Numbered from the stretch's first letter, positions 15,540 to 26,095 are shown. The stretch: DNA of 64,000 nucleotides from an uncultured virus (IMG/VR IMGVR_UViG_3300028173_000008) (IMGVR_UViG_3300028173_000008); one strand, 5' to 3'. The notes: generated by a model from the letters alone, not told the origin. A program made the numbers and translations.

Positions 15540-16115
15540 ATGGCCGGACACGATCAACTAGAACTCGACGTCGCCTATCACGGCGGACAGATCATCAACC
15601 TGACCCCCGACGCTGATTGGGTTTCTCTTCGCAAGATCGAGATCCCCTCCAAGAACATCGGATACGACTACGCCCACGAGGAGAAGTCCCGTGGACACAT
15701 CATCGCCGTGCTCCCCTTCAGGGTGTCCTACGTGAGTGGGAACCGTGAGTATCTCATCCGCTCCGAAGTGATCCCGCCGTGGGGCCTCGCTCCGCAAACG
15801 TGTGCCGTCACAGGCTCATGGGACAAGGAAGGCGAAACCTTCGATGAGGTAGCCGTTCGGGAGATGCTGGAGGAGACCGGGTTCACCGTGACCCTCGGCG
15901 AACTGATCGACTTGGGAACCTGCCGGGGCACCAAGGCGCTGGACACCGTCTACCACCTCTACGCCGTGGACACGTCCGGGAAGATCCCGGAGGAACCGAC
16001 AGGTGATGGTTCAGAGATGGAAGCCCTCGCCGGGATGCTTTGGGTAGAGTCGTTGGTGGACGTGGAGGATCCCCTGGTCCCCACGATGTTCCTTCGTCTT
16101 CAGTCCAAGGGGTAG
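15540..16115 (+). CDS. Nudix hydrolase
   Basis: G..DKEGET..EVAVREMLEETG. Confidence 0.85.
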   Translation: MAGHDQLELDVAYHGGQIINLTPDADWVSLRKIEIPSKNIGYDYAHEEKSRGHIIAVLPFRVSYVSGNREYLIRSEVIPPWGLAPQTCAVTGSWDKEGETFDEVAVREMLEETGFTVTLGELIDLGTCRGTKALDTVYHLYAVDTSGKIPEEPTGDGSEMEALAGMLWVESLVDVEDPLVPTMFLRLQSKG

Positions 16116-16118
16116 CGG

Positions 16119-16745
16119 ATGGCTCACAAGATCAAGCCCACAGATATCACCCTCGCCCACAGACGCCCTCCAACGTGGAAGGGCTGGATCCCAACCTTCA
16201 CCGGAGACGGGTTCAACGTCCTGAAACCCGAGGTAGACCAGATCCGATTGGAGGACCTGGCCCACGGCCTCGCCTTCAAGTTCCGGTACGCTGGACAGAC
16301 GACGCCCGTGACGGTCGCCGAGCACTCCATCATGGTTTCAAGGGTGATCGGGATTCTGTGGCCCGAGTCCAAAGAGATGGCGGGCGGCCTACTCCATGAC
16401 TCCTGCCAAGCGTACCTGCACGACATCCAGAGTCCCGTCCGGCGATACGCCCGCATGGATCTCCCCCACGGAGAGAGCATCCCGTGGGACAAGCTAGAGG
16501 CCAAGGTCAACGGGATCATCGCCAAGGCGTTGGGGCTGGAGCCCCGATTCTGGGCCACCGCTACGGTGAAGGCTGCGAACCTGCTGGCAGTAGTGATCGA
16601 ACGCAGGGACTGTGCGGTCCTCTCAAGGCAGACCCGCAAGGGCCTCCCCAAGCTGCCGGAGGAGATCGACCACCTGCATCTGTCCTACTTGTCGCCGGAG
16701 GATGCACAGGAAGCGTTCTTGGCCGAGTACAGCAGCCTGACCTAG
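16119..16745 (+). CDS. HD-domain 5'-deoxynucleotidase-like (YfdR)
   Basis: EDLAHGLA..RYAG..VAEHS..LLHD..AYLHDI.SP. Confidence 0.8.
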   Translation: MAHKIKPTDITLAHRRPPTWKGWIPTFTGDGFNVLKPEVDQIRLEDLAHGLAFKFRYAGQTTPVTVAEHSIMVSRVIGILWPESKEMAGGLLHDSCQAYLHDIQSPVRRYARMDLPHGESIPWDKLEAKVNGIIAKALGLEPRFWATATVKAANLLAVVIERRDCAVLSRQTRKGLPKLPEEIDHLHLSYLSPEDAQEAFLAEYSSLT

Positions 16746-16954
16746 TCCTCTTCCTCTGCCACGTCGACGGTGATCTCCTTCTCAGGGACCAACTCCAACA
16801 GGTCTTCCGCAATATCGCCGATCAGGTCAGCGTTCTCTGCCAGTTGTACCCGCTGAACCACGACGGTCTCTTCCGTCCCTGCGGTAGCGGCCTTCAACAA
16901 GGCCGAGAACTCTTTGAGGAGTGAGATCCTCTTGGCAAGCGCACGCTGGTTCAT
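16742..16954 (-). CDS. hypothetical protein
   Basis: ORF coupled to neighbour. Confidence 0.55.
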   Translation of the reverse strand: MNQRALAKRISLLKEFSALLKAATAGTEETVVVQRVQLAENADLIGDIAEDLLELVPEKEITVDVAEEED

Positions 16955-17409
16955 GGTTCCCCCGTAATGGCTCTGCACGCCGCCCTGAGTGCCCCCTGGA
17001 GCGTTTGCTCTGCGATGTGGGCATCGTCGGGCAGGAACGGCCCCTTGCAGCCCCAGCAGTCATTCTCGGGGCAATCAGGGTCCGTGTAGAACACAGGCTC
17101 GAGACTGAAGGCGTTGGCGTTGTCCAACAGGGCCTCTGCGTCGTTCGCCTCTACGAACAGGTCGGCGTAGGACTGGAGGAGCGTGGCCTTCAGGACAGGG
17201 TCCATGGTGAAGCCCGTCTCACAACACCCCGTGCGGAGGATGCCGAGGCGGCTGTCCCCGTTGTGCTTGCCGTGGATGTAGGAGTGCCGAGTGCAACGAC
17301 CCCACAGGGCGTGCAGGGACGGGAACTCTCCCCGCTTGCACAGGCCGCAGTGAGGCTTGATCTGGTAGCCTACATCCCGAAGGGTCTGGAACTTCATCTC
17401 GTCGGGCAT
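16951..17409 (-). CDS. Cys-rich hypothetical protein
   Basis: GAGGAG RBS. Confidence 0.6.
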   Translation of the reverse strand: MPDEMKFQTLRDVGYQIKPHCGLCKRGEFPSLHALWGRCTRHSYIHGKHNGDSRLGILRTGCCETGFTMDPVLKATLLQSYADLFVEANDAEALLDNANAFSLEPVFYTDPDCPENDCWGCKGPFLPDDAHIAEQTLQGALRAACRAITGEP

Positions 17410-17419
17410 GTTCTCCTCC

Positions 17420-17905
17420 TCAGTACAGGGCGAGCACCACGATAGGCCAGAGGAAGGCCAGATGCCATAGTTGGTCAATGACCAGCACGAGGGACGGGCG
17501 GAACAGGAGCGGGGTCGTGATGAATTCATAGTTGGGGAATATGTCGGTCGGGACTTGGACATCAGTGCCCGTGAAGCTGCCGTCGTCCTCCGGTATCCGC
17601 ATCGAAGTCATGCGGCGGAGGTACTTCGCCCACAGGAACACCACGAGGTAGGTGTCCCCGATGAAGTGGCTGACGTACAGGAGCAGGAAGCCCAACACCA
17701 TCTCCCACGACTCCAGCCCGTACAGGTAGAAAGCCGGGATGAACATCACGGAGTAAATCAGGCAGTGGAGCGCCAGAATCCCGAACTTGTGGGACTTGGC
17801 CTCCGCCATCTTCTCGGTCTGGGTCAGCCAGTCGGCCACGAAATGCCAGAACACGAGGGGGACGAACAGGCCACCCGCTAGTGCGATGGTTTCAAGGGTG
17901 ATCAT
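17420..17905 (-). CDS. membrane protein (DUF3307-like)
   Basis: HFVADW..Q, H..IY, SHF.GD, DQLWH. Confidence 0.75.
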   Translation of the reverse strand: MITLETIALAGGLFVPLVFWHFVADWLTQTEKMAEAKSHKFGILALHCLIYSVMFIPAFYLYGLESWEMVLGFLLLYVSHFIGDTYLVVFLWAKYLRRMTSMRIPEDDGSFTGTDVQVPTDIFPNYEFITTPLLFRPSLVLVIDQLWHLAFLWPIVVLALY

Positions 17906-18246
17906 GGTTTCTCCCTTGGGTGTTCCTCAACGACCACCCCGATGACAGACCCGCAGTAGGATGAGAACACACGCTTGACGTCGCCGTTCCCGAACTGCAT
18001 CAGGCCGTCCTTCAGGAAGATGGCAGGGCCCTGGTAGTGGGTGTCTTGGACGTAGCAGACGGAGGATTGCTCGAACCAGTCTACCCGAGGGTGGCTGGCG
18101 AACCGGACACGCAGGGTCTCCCCGGTGTTCGGGTGTTGGATAGTGGCCCACACATCCTCATCTGCCCGGAGCGCTCGTACCTTGTCCTGCGGCAGGGGGA
18201 AACACTGAGGTTTCTTGTGTCTCTTGTCGTGTCCGGGTTTGGGCAT
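17902..18246 (-). CDS. hypothetical protein
   Basis: ORF in operon. Confidence 0.6.
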   Translation of the reverse strand: MPKPGHDKRHKKPQCFPLPQDKVRALRADEDVWATIQHPNTGETLRVRFASHPRVDWFEQSSVCYVQDTHYQGPAIFLKDGLMQFGNGDVKRVFSSYCGSVIGVVVEEHPREKP

Positions 18247-18247
18247 G

Positions 18248-18976
18248 TCAGCCTCGTAGCTTGGCGAGGATGCCTGGTAGGTCACTCATGGGTCGGAAAG
18301 AGGGCTTCCCCATGCGGTGAGCCATGTAGTTGCAGCCGGGGTGGATCGGATTCGGCCCCACGGCAGGCTTGTCGTCCACGAACTGCCCCGTCCACCCGCA
18401 CTTGGTGCAGATGTACACGTCCAGGTCGGGACAGGCCAACAGGTCGCCCCTGTGGATGAAGTTCTCCGGGGTCTCTCCGTTCTCGAACAGCTTGGTCGCT
18501 GCCAGCACGGCCCAAGCCTTGTCGCTGGAGTGGATCTCCCCGTAGAAGGTCAGGAGGACGTCGGGCCGCACGACCTTCGAACCGTCAGGCAACTCCAGCG
18601 TGGGGTAGTCCCCGACGAAGAAGTCGATGGTCAGGCGGTACTCCGGGTGCTTCTTGTCGTCCACGACCCGCTCGTACCGGCGGAAGTCCTCTGCGCTGGG
18701 CAGGCGGTCGTACTTCGTATTGACCTTCTTGTACCCCAGGACGCTCAGGAGGCCCATGACGGTGCCTACTGCCTCCTTCGGGCAGTGTATGTCCACGTCC
18801 TTGTGATCGTGGGCGTGCTTGCGTTCAGCGTGGCCTGGGGGCGAGAGCAGGTGCCAAGCCCAACCGCCAGAGAACACGACGAAGGGCTTGAGAGGTTCCA
18901 TGTCCGTTGCATAGGCGTCGATCTTGTACTGGTGCCAGCACTCGCCGTACCGCTCAGGGTTGTGTGGATCAGCCAT
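18248..18976 (-). CDS. nucleotidyltransferase-fold protein
   Basis: VFSGGWA..HDHKDVDI..IDFF. Confidence 0.65.
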   Translation of the reverse strand: MADPHNPERYGECWHQYKIDAYATDMEPLKPFVVFSGGWAWHLLSPPGHAERKHAHDHKDVDIHCPKEAVGTVMGLLSVLGYKKVNTKYDRLPSAEDFRRYERVVDDKKHPEYRLTIDFFVGDYPTLELPDGSKVVRPDVLLTFYGEIHSSDKAWAVLAATKLFENGETPENFIHRGDLLACPDLDVYICTKCGWTGQFVDDKPAVGPNPIHPGCNYMAHRMGKPSFRPMSDLPGILAKLRG

Positions 18977-18979
18977 CTG

Positions 18980-19240
18980 TCAATCCTTATCAAACATGCG
19001 GTCGAGCGACCGGCTCATTGAATCCAAGGACTTCGACATCTCCGCCATGGACTCGTCGAACGCTGCGAGGGCCTTCTTGCCCTCCGGGCTCTCCGGGTCG
19101 ATGTCCTTGCCGTTGACACGCAGGACAGTCACCTCGCCGTTCTCTCGAACGACCTTGGTGGAGGTGGACTCGAAAACCTCCCGGTCGATGGGGTTTATGA
19201 CCCTCTTCAGGCGGCGGAAGGCTCGTCCAAGGGCACTCAT
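18980..19240 (-). CDS. hypothetical protein
   Basis: ORF in operon. Confidence 0.55.
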   Translation of the reverse strand: MSALGRAFRRLKRVINPIDREVFESTSTKVVRENGEVTVLRVNGKDIDPESPEGKKALAAFDESMAEMSKSLDSMSRSLDRMFDKD

Positions 19241-20172
19241 TTCAGGGCATCTCCGATCTCTTCCCAAAGGCCGTCGTCGTCCATCGAGGTGCCCGAAAGG
19301 GCGTCCCTCGTGTCCGAGATGACCTCAAGGTCGTCAATGACGGACACGTCTACGAGGTTGTCCACCGTGGTGTCGAGCAGCTTGCTGGACACGTCGGCCA
19401 TACCCGCCGACCGAACCTGCTGGTTCACCTTCTCGATGTGGTGGGCGATGCCTTCGGCCTGTGCCACGGCCAGCCCCTCACGGCGTTCCAGCTTGGGGAT
19501 CGACTCCACCTTGGACTTCAGGGTACGGAGGCGCTCGCTGATCACGATCCGGGTGCTGGGGTCGGCCTCTGCGGCCTGTTCCCGTAGACGCCCGAACTCC
19601 GTCCGCAGGCTGTCCTTGTCCATACGGAGGAGGGCGGCCTTGGCATCCTTGGCCGTGTTGTGCAGGGCCAGCCAGTTGTTGATCATCTCGTCCAGCTTCC
19701 TGATCTGGCTGGTGGAGATCGAACTCTTGCGAACGTCATGCAGCTTGCGGAGTTCGTGGACGACCTCGCACATCCGCAGGAACGTCCGCTTGTGCTCCAT
19801 CGTGCTGTCTTGGTTACGGACTCGCCGGTAACCGCTGTCCGGGTTCAGGTCTAGCTGGTGCCATGCCACGTCTACACCGAACACGGCACCGAGGAACCCA
19901 AGGGATTGATCAGGCTCCAACCCCCACAGGGAGCGGAGGTAGTACCAGCGCTGCTCATCCACGTCCTCGGTCTTGGCGGTCACCGTGAGGAACCGCTGGA
20001 CGAGGGCTAGGTCGGGAAGGATCCACAGGAAGGCGACCTCAATCCCGAGCACCACGAACAACCCCGTCATGCCACCCGAGGCGAGTCCGATGACAATGCC
20101 TCCTGCGAGGAATGACAGGTTGAGCCAATGCGTCAGGAAGGCCATCCGGTAGTTGGGGGTTTTATCGGACAC
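19237..20172 (-). CDS. membrane-anchored coiled-coil protein
   Basis: two N-terminal TMs, helical tail. Confidence 0.7.
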   Translation of the reverse strand: MSDKTPNYRMAFLTHWLNLSFLAGGIVIGLASGGMTGLFVVLGIEVAFLWILPDLALVQRFLTVTAKTEDVDEQRWYYLRSLWGLEPDQSLGFLGAVFGVDVAWHQLDLNPDSGYRRVRNQDSTMEHKRTFLRMCEVVHELRKLHDVRKSSISTSQIRKLDEMINNWLALHNTAKDAKAALLRMDKDSLRTEFGRLREQAAEADPSTRIVISERLRTLKSKVESIPKLERREGLAVAQAEGIAHHIEKVNQQVRSAGMADVSSKLLDTTVDNLVDVSVIDDLEVISDTRDALSGTSMDDDGLWEEIGDALK

Positions 20173-20181
20173 GGGGGCCTC

Positions 20182-21213
20182 CTAAACGCTGATGGTCAAC
20201 TCACCGCCACTGTCAGAAGCCTCTGAGGCGTCACTGATCAGGTGCAGGATCTTGGCTTCCAGACCGGCATACTCCGGCGTGTGCTTCCAGTCCTCCGGCC
20301 TGTTCGCAGGCAGTCGGATGTCGCCAGCGATGGTAGCCGGTCGGGTGGAGAGCACGATGATGCGGTCGGCCAGATCGAGGGCACGGCGCACGTTGTGCGT
20401 CACGAACAGGATAAGGCAGGGGTACTTGTCCCGCAAGCGCACGATGATCTCTTGCATCGCCTTGCTGGACGTCGGGTCGAGGGCGCTGAACGGCTCGTCC
20501 ATGCACAGGATCTTGGGCTCAACGACCAGCGAGGTAGCGAGGCTACACCGCTGCTTCATCCCACCCGAAAGCTGATGCGGGAACTGGTGAAGGGAGTCAC
20601 CCAACCCGACCTCTTTCAGCAGGGTGATGGCCTTGGCCTCGATCTCCTTGTAGGGATCCGAACACGGGATCTTCAGGCGGGTGGCCTCAAAGCGGTCACC
20701 GATGGCCGCTACGAAGTCCTGCGCCACCTCCCAGGGCCAACGGGGCCGGGGGCCGAACAGGAACGGCTTGAAGGAGAGCATGACGTTGCCCAACACGGAC
20801 AGCCACGGGACCAGCACAGGGCTCTGGAACACCGTGACGACGTCGTCGTGCGGGGTCAGCACGGCCTCTCCGTTGATGCAGCACTCGCCCACCGTCGGCA
20901 TCCGAATGCCTCTGGGGTGCATGCCGGACACCATCCGCAGGAGGGTGGACTTGCCGCAGCCGGACGGCCCGAGGATGGCGATGGTCTGGTTGCCCTCCAC
21001 CGTGAAGGTGATGTCCTTGACCACCTCGACCAGTTCGCCGTCGTTCCTGAAGGTCTGCCCGCAGCCCTTGAAGTCCAGCTTCAGGTCGCTGCCCTTGGCC
21101 GCCACGGGGGCGGGAACGGGAGCCGGGGTAGCCGCCACAGGGGCAGCGGGTGCGGCGAAAGCCTCGTCGATGGAGACGTGTCCGTCTCCGGTGTTGTCCG
21201 CTGTGCCGCTCAT
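20182..21213 (-). CDS. ABC transporter ATPase (NitT/TauT family)
   Basis: GPSGCGKST, LSGGMKQR, MDEPFSALD, VTH. Confidence 0.92.
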   Translation of the reverse strand: MSGTADNTGDGHVSIDEAFAAPAAPVAATPAPVPAPVAAKGSDLKLDFKGCGQTFRNDGELVEVVKDITFTVEGNQTIAILGPSGCGKSTLLRMVSGMHPRGIRMPTVGECCINGEAVLTPHDDVVTVFQSPVLVPWLSVLGNVMLSFKPFLFGPRPRWPWEVAQDFVAAIGDRFEATRLKIPCSDPYKEIEAKAITLLKEVGLGDSLHQFPHQLSGGMKQRCSLATSLVVEPKILCMDEPFSALDPTSSKAMQEIIVRLRDKYPCLILFVTHNVRRALDLADRIIVLSTRPATIAGDIRLPANRPEDWKHTPEYAGLEAKILHLISDASEASDSGGELTISV

Positions 21214-22088
21214 GCTTCGCTCCCTTGGTTCAACATCGGGACGACCTTCTTGATGACCCGGAACAGGTAGTCGGAAAGCACCCCGAGGATCAGGATAATG
21301 AGGATCGCAGCGTAGACCCTCGGTGTATTTTGGAACCGCTGTGCGTTGGCTTCCATAGCCCCGAGGCCGGTGGTGACGTTCATCACCTCCGCTGCTACGA
21401 GGTACGTCCACGCTACGCCCGTACACAGGCGGATGCCGTCCCACAGACGGGGCAGCGCTGACGGCAGGACGTAGTACCAGAGCGTTCCCATGGGGCGGAA
21501 CCCCATGTCGACCGCCTTGTCGATGATCAGGGGCGGCACGTTCCTCACGGCGTCAAACGCCGCAGGGATAATGAACACGATGGTGCCGAAGGCGAGGAAG
21601 CTGATCTTCATCTGCTCCTCGATCCCGTAGATCAGGATGAACAGCGGGGCGAAGGCCATGATCGGGGCGTTCCGCATGGGCATCACGAGGGCCTGTAGCA
21701 GACTCTCAAACCACCCGAAGGCCCCCATGAAGATCCCGATGGGGATCCCGAACAGGCACGCCCAAAACAACGCCAAGAAGATGCGCTTCAAGCTGAAGCC
21801 CGCCCCTTGGATTGCGCTGGAGTGGACGAAGGTGTCCCACCCCGGCTGGATGTCCCGCCATTCGCCCTTGGTCCCCTCCACGAGTGTCTGCGGGGGTGCG
21901 TCCACGAACGCTTCCGCCAGCGCCCCGAAGGTTGCCTTGGGGGAAGGGAGGAAGTTGGGATTCACCAGTTCAAGCTTGGTCACGGCTACCCATGCCAGCA
22001 GGAACAGGACAAGCCCCGCGACCGGGAGCACATAGCGCATGCTCCCGGTCGTAGGCGTGCAGATGTACTTCGCAGAGTGGGCCGACAT
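21210..22088 (-). CDS. ABC transporter permease (NitT/TauT)
   Basis: FLPSP, P..AFAPLFI, AWTYLVAAE, GLG. Confidence 0.9.
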   Translation of the reverse strand: MSAHSAKYICTPTTGSMRYVLPVAGLVLFLLAWVAVTKLELVNPNFLPSPKATFGALAEAFVDAPPQTLVEGTKGEWRDIQPGWDTFVHSSAIQGAGFSLKRIFLALFWACLFGIPIGIFMGAFGWFESLLQALVMPMRNAPIMAFAPLFILIYGIEEQMKISFLAFGTIVFIIPAAFDAVRNVPPLIIDKAVDMGFRPMGTLWYYVLPSALPRLWDGIRLCTGVAWTYLVAAEVMNVTTGLGAMEANAQRFQNTPRVYAAILIILILGVLSDYLFRVIKKVVPMLNQGSEA

Positions 22089-22098
22089 GATCGCCCTC

Positions 22099-23784
22099 CT
22101 AGTTGGCCGAAACGAACAGGATCTCGGTGCGGCGGTTCCGTGAACGGCAGTCGGGGGTCTTCAGGTCGCAGAGCGGGTTGTCCTCGCCGTTGCCCTGTGC
22201 CGCAATACGGGCCGGGTCGATGCCCTGCGAGATCAGGTAGTCAACGACCGCCTGCGCCCGCTTGCCCGAGAGGGTCTTGTTGCCGCTGTCACTGCCCACG
22301 TCGTCGGTGTTGCCCTCGACACGGATGCTCATGGCCGTCGCCAGCATCAACTGCGGCAACACCTGACGCTTCAGGATCGAGCGGGACTGCGTGTCGATGG
22401 CGTAGGCACCCGTGTCGAAGTGGATGCTCACCGGCTTGACCAGCTTGGGTGCCGCCGTCTTGGCGACCTGCGGGTTGTAGACCGGCTTCGCCGCTGCCAC
22501 GGGAACCGCTGCCACACCGGACGAGGCGGCGACCTGCTGGCGTCGGGCCATCTCAGCGTCGTACAGGGGCTTCACGATGGCTGCGGTACGCAGACCGTGG
22601 GCGCTGAAGCGCTGCGAGAGGACCGGGGTGCCGTCAGGCTCCGTGTACTCCGACCAGATGCTGTCCGCCTGCTTGTAGACCGTGTCGAAGAGGGGCGCAG
22701 TCCCGCCGAGGCCGAAGAAGGACGTGTTGTCGCCGAGATCGTTCCAGCGGACCCAGTTGAGCGCCTTGAGGGTGCCCTCGTACTTGAGTTCGTCACGGAA
22801 ACGGGGCACGACCGTCGAGATCAGGCGGGCCGCTGCGGGCTTGTCCGCCGTACCTAGCTTGGCACCTTCCATGAAGATCTTCGCCACCTTGCGGGCGATC
22901 TCGGGCTGCTGCTGGAGGAAGTCCTTCTTACCGAGCAGCACGTCGGCGACCAGCGTGTCGGCGTCCTTGGTGCTGAACACACGGTGGGCACCGGGGCGGC
23001 ACTCAAGGGCGAGCGTCACGTCAGGCTCCCACAGGCATGCCACGTCGACCTGCTTCTGACAGAACAGGTTGCGCCCGAACTCCCATGAGTCCATCGAGAA
23101 CTTGGTCTGCTGGCGAAGCTGCCGCACTTCCTGCGGGTTCAGGTCGCTGTTGTTGATCCAGAACTCGTAGACCGTGTGGTCGGGGCTGAACTTCATCATG
23201 GCTGCGCCACGGCTGGCCAGCAGATCACGGGGCGTCTTCACGTTGGCCGCTGCCACACAGGCGTCACCGCCACGGGACCAGTCGATCTGGACGAACGCCT
23301 GCGCTTCGACGCCGGAGCGTGCGTAACCGGGCATGTTCAGGGGCATCTCGTCGACCACCTGCCAAGTGAAGTCGACCTCGCCGGACTGGAGGGCAGCGTT
23401 CTTCTTGTCCGGCTCCTCGATGAAGACGAACTCAAGCTGGATCCCCTCCTTGGCACAGATGGAACCCGGCTGCGTCGTCAGGCCGCCGCAGGCGATGATG
23501 CCCGCCATGTGACCGGGCCACTGCGACAGGGCCACCTTGTAGTGGGTCTTGGGCTGGACGCCGGTCGGCTTGATCGCCGCAGGGGCCTGGACACCCGCCA
23601 CCGCACCGGGGGTCGTCGTGGGGGTCACAGCCGCAGGCTGCGTCGTGGTGGCGGTCGCCGTCGCCGGAGCGGTGGCGGTCGCCGTCTCGGTCGTGGACTC
23701 GTGGAAGAACCCGAAGTACGCACCCGCCGCCGCTCCCGCGACGACTAGGACGAGCAGGATCTTTCCCATCGGCTTGAGCTTCAT
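22099..23784 (-). CDS. substrate-binding protein fused to OmpA C-terminal domain
   Basis: WPGH, DWSRGGD, WEP; FDTG..VEGNTD..N..LS.KRA..NRRTE. Confidence 0.88.
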   Translation of the reverse strand: MKLKPMGKILLVLVVAGAAAGAYFGFFHESTTETATATAPATATATTTQPAAVTPTTTPGAVAGVQAPAAIKPTGVQPKTHYKVALSQWPGHMAGIIACGGLTTQPGSICAKEGIQLEFVFIEEPDKKNAALQSGEVDFTWQVVDEMPLNMPGYARSGVEAQAFVQIDWSRGGDACVAAANVKTPRDLLASRGAAMMKFSPDHTVYEFWINNSDLNPQEVRQLRQQTKFSMDSWEFGRNLFCQKQVDVACLWEPDVTLALECRPGAHRVFSTKDADTLVADVLLGKKDFLQQQPEIARKVAKIFMEGAKLGTADKPAAARLISTVVPRFRDELKYEGTLKALNWVRWNDLGDNTSFFGLGGTAPLFDTVYKQADSIWSEYTEPDGTPVLSQRFSAHGLRTAAIVKPLYDAEMARRQQVAASSGVAAVPVAAAKPVYNPQVAKTAAPKLVKPVSIHFDTGAYAIDTQSRSILKRQVLPQLMLATAMSIRVEGNTDDVGSDSGNKTLSGKRAQAVVDYLISQGIDPARIAAQGNGEDNPLCDLKTPDCRSRNRRTEILFVSAN

Positions 23785-23850
23785 CTCGAACCTCCCTTGC
23801 GAATTGTCTGTCTCACCGTACCGGGGTCATTCCCGGCAGGCACCTTCGGC

Positions 23851-24567
23851 CTAGCCCTTCTGCTGGCCGAAGAAAGTCACGAGCTTGGTGTAACGGACGC
23901 CTTCCTTGGCCGCTGCGGCCTTGGCATCCTCGCCACGCTTGGTCACCGCTGCCGCCCTGTCCTTGGCCGAAACCTGAGACTCGGAGATGTCCTGCATCAC
24001 CTGCTCACGTTCGGACTGGAGGGCGGCGATCTGCGCCTCAAGCGCCTTGATGCGGTCATCGCTGCTGGTCTTCAGGCCCTCGAACTGGCTCTGGATCGCC
24101 GTACAGCGGGTGGCTACGTCCTTGTCGATGAAGGATCCGTACTGGCGCAGGACGTTGACACGCTTCTCAGCGTCCGCCTTGACCGTGGGCTCGTCCCATG
24201 CGTCGTCGGCGGCGTCCATCGCCCGGATCATGGCGAGGCGCTGCGGTTCGGGGAACTGTGCGAGGTTGTCCAGCAGGGTGAGGACGGTGTGGGCCGAGTT
24301 CGCCCCGGTGCCTACCTTGCCTGCGGCGAAGACCTCGTCGAGCGTCCAGTCCAACGCTGTCCGCTTGGGGGCCGGAGGCGCTGCCGGGGCGGCGGGTGCC
24401 GCCTCTACGGGTGCCGTTGGGGTAGCCGTGAAGGCTGCCAGCGGGTCATCGGACACCGCAGGAGCGGCGACCTCGGTCACGTCGGTCGCATCGTCGGGGG
24501 TCTCTTCCGTGTCGTAGTCCACGAACATGGACAGGAACCCGCCCTTCTTTTTCTCTTCACCGGCCAT
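23851..24567 (-). CDS. coiled-coil hypothetical protein
   Basis: GGAGG RBS, first gene after GGCTTAG promoter. Confidence 0.75.
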   Translation of the reverse strand: MAGEEKKKGGFLSMFVDYDTEETPDDATDVTEVAAPAVSDDPLAAFTATPTAPVEAAPAAPAAPPAPKRTALDWTLDEVFAAGKVGTGANSAHTVLTLLDNLAQFPEPQRLAMIRAMDAADDAWDEPTVKADAEKRVNVLRQYGSFIDKDVATRCTAIQSQFEGLKTSSDDRIKALEAQIAALQSEREQVMQDISESQVSAKDRAAAVTKRGEDAKAAAAKEGVRYTKLVTFFGQQKG

Positions 24568-24627
24568 CAGGCACCTCCTCTTGCTCTATCTCTACCCGAA
24601 CCACGAAAGGGCTAAGCCCCCCGAGGG

Positions 24628-25629
24628 TCAGGCATCTTCACTTTTGTCTTCATCAGGGGTGCTCTCGTGCCACCCCATGACATACCCACACGTCTTGCAG
24701 AACCCGTCCCCGTCGTCCTCACAGGCCGAGATCCAGTCCCCATTCATGGCATCATCGTTCTCGAAGGAGCCCTCGCACTTCTCGGGGGCCTCTGCCCTCT
24801 CGGTGCCGTCGTCGTGGTAGAAGAACCGGACGAGGCGGGCGAGTTCCATCAGAGCCGTTTCCCAGTCCGGGCCGCCACAGTCGAGGCGGATGTCGTGACA
24901 GGACTGCCAGCGGTTGTACTTGTTCCACCCCTCCTCCGGGATCATCTCGTTGTCGTCCTCGGAGCGGTCGTACCAGCCTCCGGCTTCGACCCAGACACGG
25001 GACGCATTGTTGCGGGGGTCGTCCACGCCGTCGGAAAGCTCGTCGTGGATGCGCTCCGCCAGCGGGTCGACGTGGTGGAAGGTGGTCTCAACGGACTCGT
25101 AGAACCCGCCGCCGATCCGGTGTACCTCGTCCTGCCAGTCCGGGCCGTCGAACAGCATGGGGACGGCCTTGAGCACGCCCTCCGAGTCCGGCTCCGCCGA
25201 AACGACCTTGTGGCCGGACTTGTCGACGTCCCCGATCTCAATGGGGTCCCCGAAGTAGCTGCCTCCCTCGGGCGGGCAGCGCATCTCGACAGGGTACGTC
25301 CACAGGGGGTGCTCCATCAGCCACTCGACCTCTGCCTTGCGGAGAGGGGCGTCCACGGGGAGCGGGGGAGCCGTCCGGTGGAACGGGAGTTCCTTGAACT
25401 GGAGGTGGGACAGGATGGTCTTCGCCAGACGTTCGGCGTCGTCCGACCGGAGGCCGAACCCCCGAACGGACTCGTCGAAGGACACCATGACGGAGCCCAA
25501 CGCAGGGTTCCATCCAATGGTCAGGTTGAACTGTTGCGGGGCGGCCTGTTTCGGAGCGCCGCCCATCTCAGGGAACAGGGTGATGATCTTGCCGTTCCCG
25601 TTCCCGTTCCCGTTACCCTTGTCCGTCAT
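24628..25629 (-). CDS. hypothetical protein
   Basis: 333-aa ORF. Confidence 0.7.
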   Translation of the reverse strand: MTDKGNGNGNGNGKIITLFPEMGGAPKQAAPQQFNLTIGWNPALGSVMVSFDESVRGFGLRSDDAERLAKTILSHLQFKELPFHRTAPPLPVDAPLRKAEVEWLMEHPLWTYPVEMRCPPEGGSYFGDPIEIGDVDKSGHKVVSAEPDSEGVLKAVPMLFDGPDWQDEVHRIGGGFYESVETTFHHVDPLAERIHDELSDGVDDPRNNASRVWVEAGGWYDRSEDDNEMIPEEGWNKYNRWQSCHDIRLDCGGPDWETALMELARLVRFFYHDDGTERAEAPEKCEGSFENDDAMNGDWISACEDDGDGFCKTCGYVMGWHESTPDEDKSEDA

Positions 25630-25630
25630 G

Positions 25631-25891
25631 CTAGTCTCCGTTTCGGATCCATCTCAGGAGCCGGGGTTCCACTAAACGCCACCAGAGGGTCATGGCTACG
25701 ATACCGAACAGGATGCCTCGGGCGTAATAGTACCGGGCCTCAAGGTTCTCGGACGCCATGTTGGTGTTCATGGTGATCTCGATCCCGGCCTCCGCACCAG
25801 CCATGAAGCCGGTGACGATCATGGCCAGCACCACACCGCACACAACTAGCCCGAACAGACAGGCGCAGGCCGTCCTTTGGAGTTTCGTCAT
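25631..25891 (-). CDS. small membrane protein
   Basis: two TMs. Confidence 0.6.
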   Translation of the reverse strand: MTKLQRTACACLFGLVVCGVVLAMIVTGFMAGAEAGIEITMNTNMASENLEARYYYARGILFGIVAMTLWWRLVEPRLLRWIRNGD

Positions 25892-25894
25892 CCG

Positions 25895-26095
25895 TCACCT
25901 CTGCTTGAAGGCTCTGCCCTTACCGCACAGGAACAGGAAGGTGTCCCCGTCCCGTTCTTGGATCATCAGGTCGAAGTGCAGAGCCAACTCCTCGATCTCG
26001 TGGTACTCAAAGCTCACGTACCCCTCACGGGGCGGAGCCTTCGGGTGGCCCTTCACCTCGGGCCACATCACGACTTTCAGACTGATGTCGTTCAT
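25895..26095 (-). CDS. hypothetical protein
   Basis: start overlaps rtcB stop (TAATG). Confidence 0.55.
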   Translation of the reverse strand: MNDISLKVVMWPEVKGHPKAPPREGYVSFEYHEIEELALHFDLMIQERDGDTFLFLCGKGRAFKQR

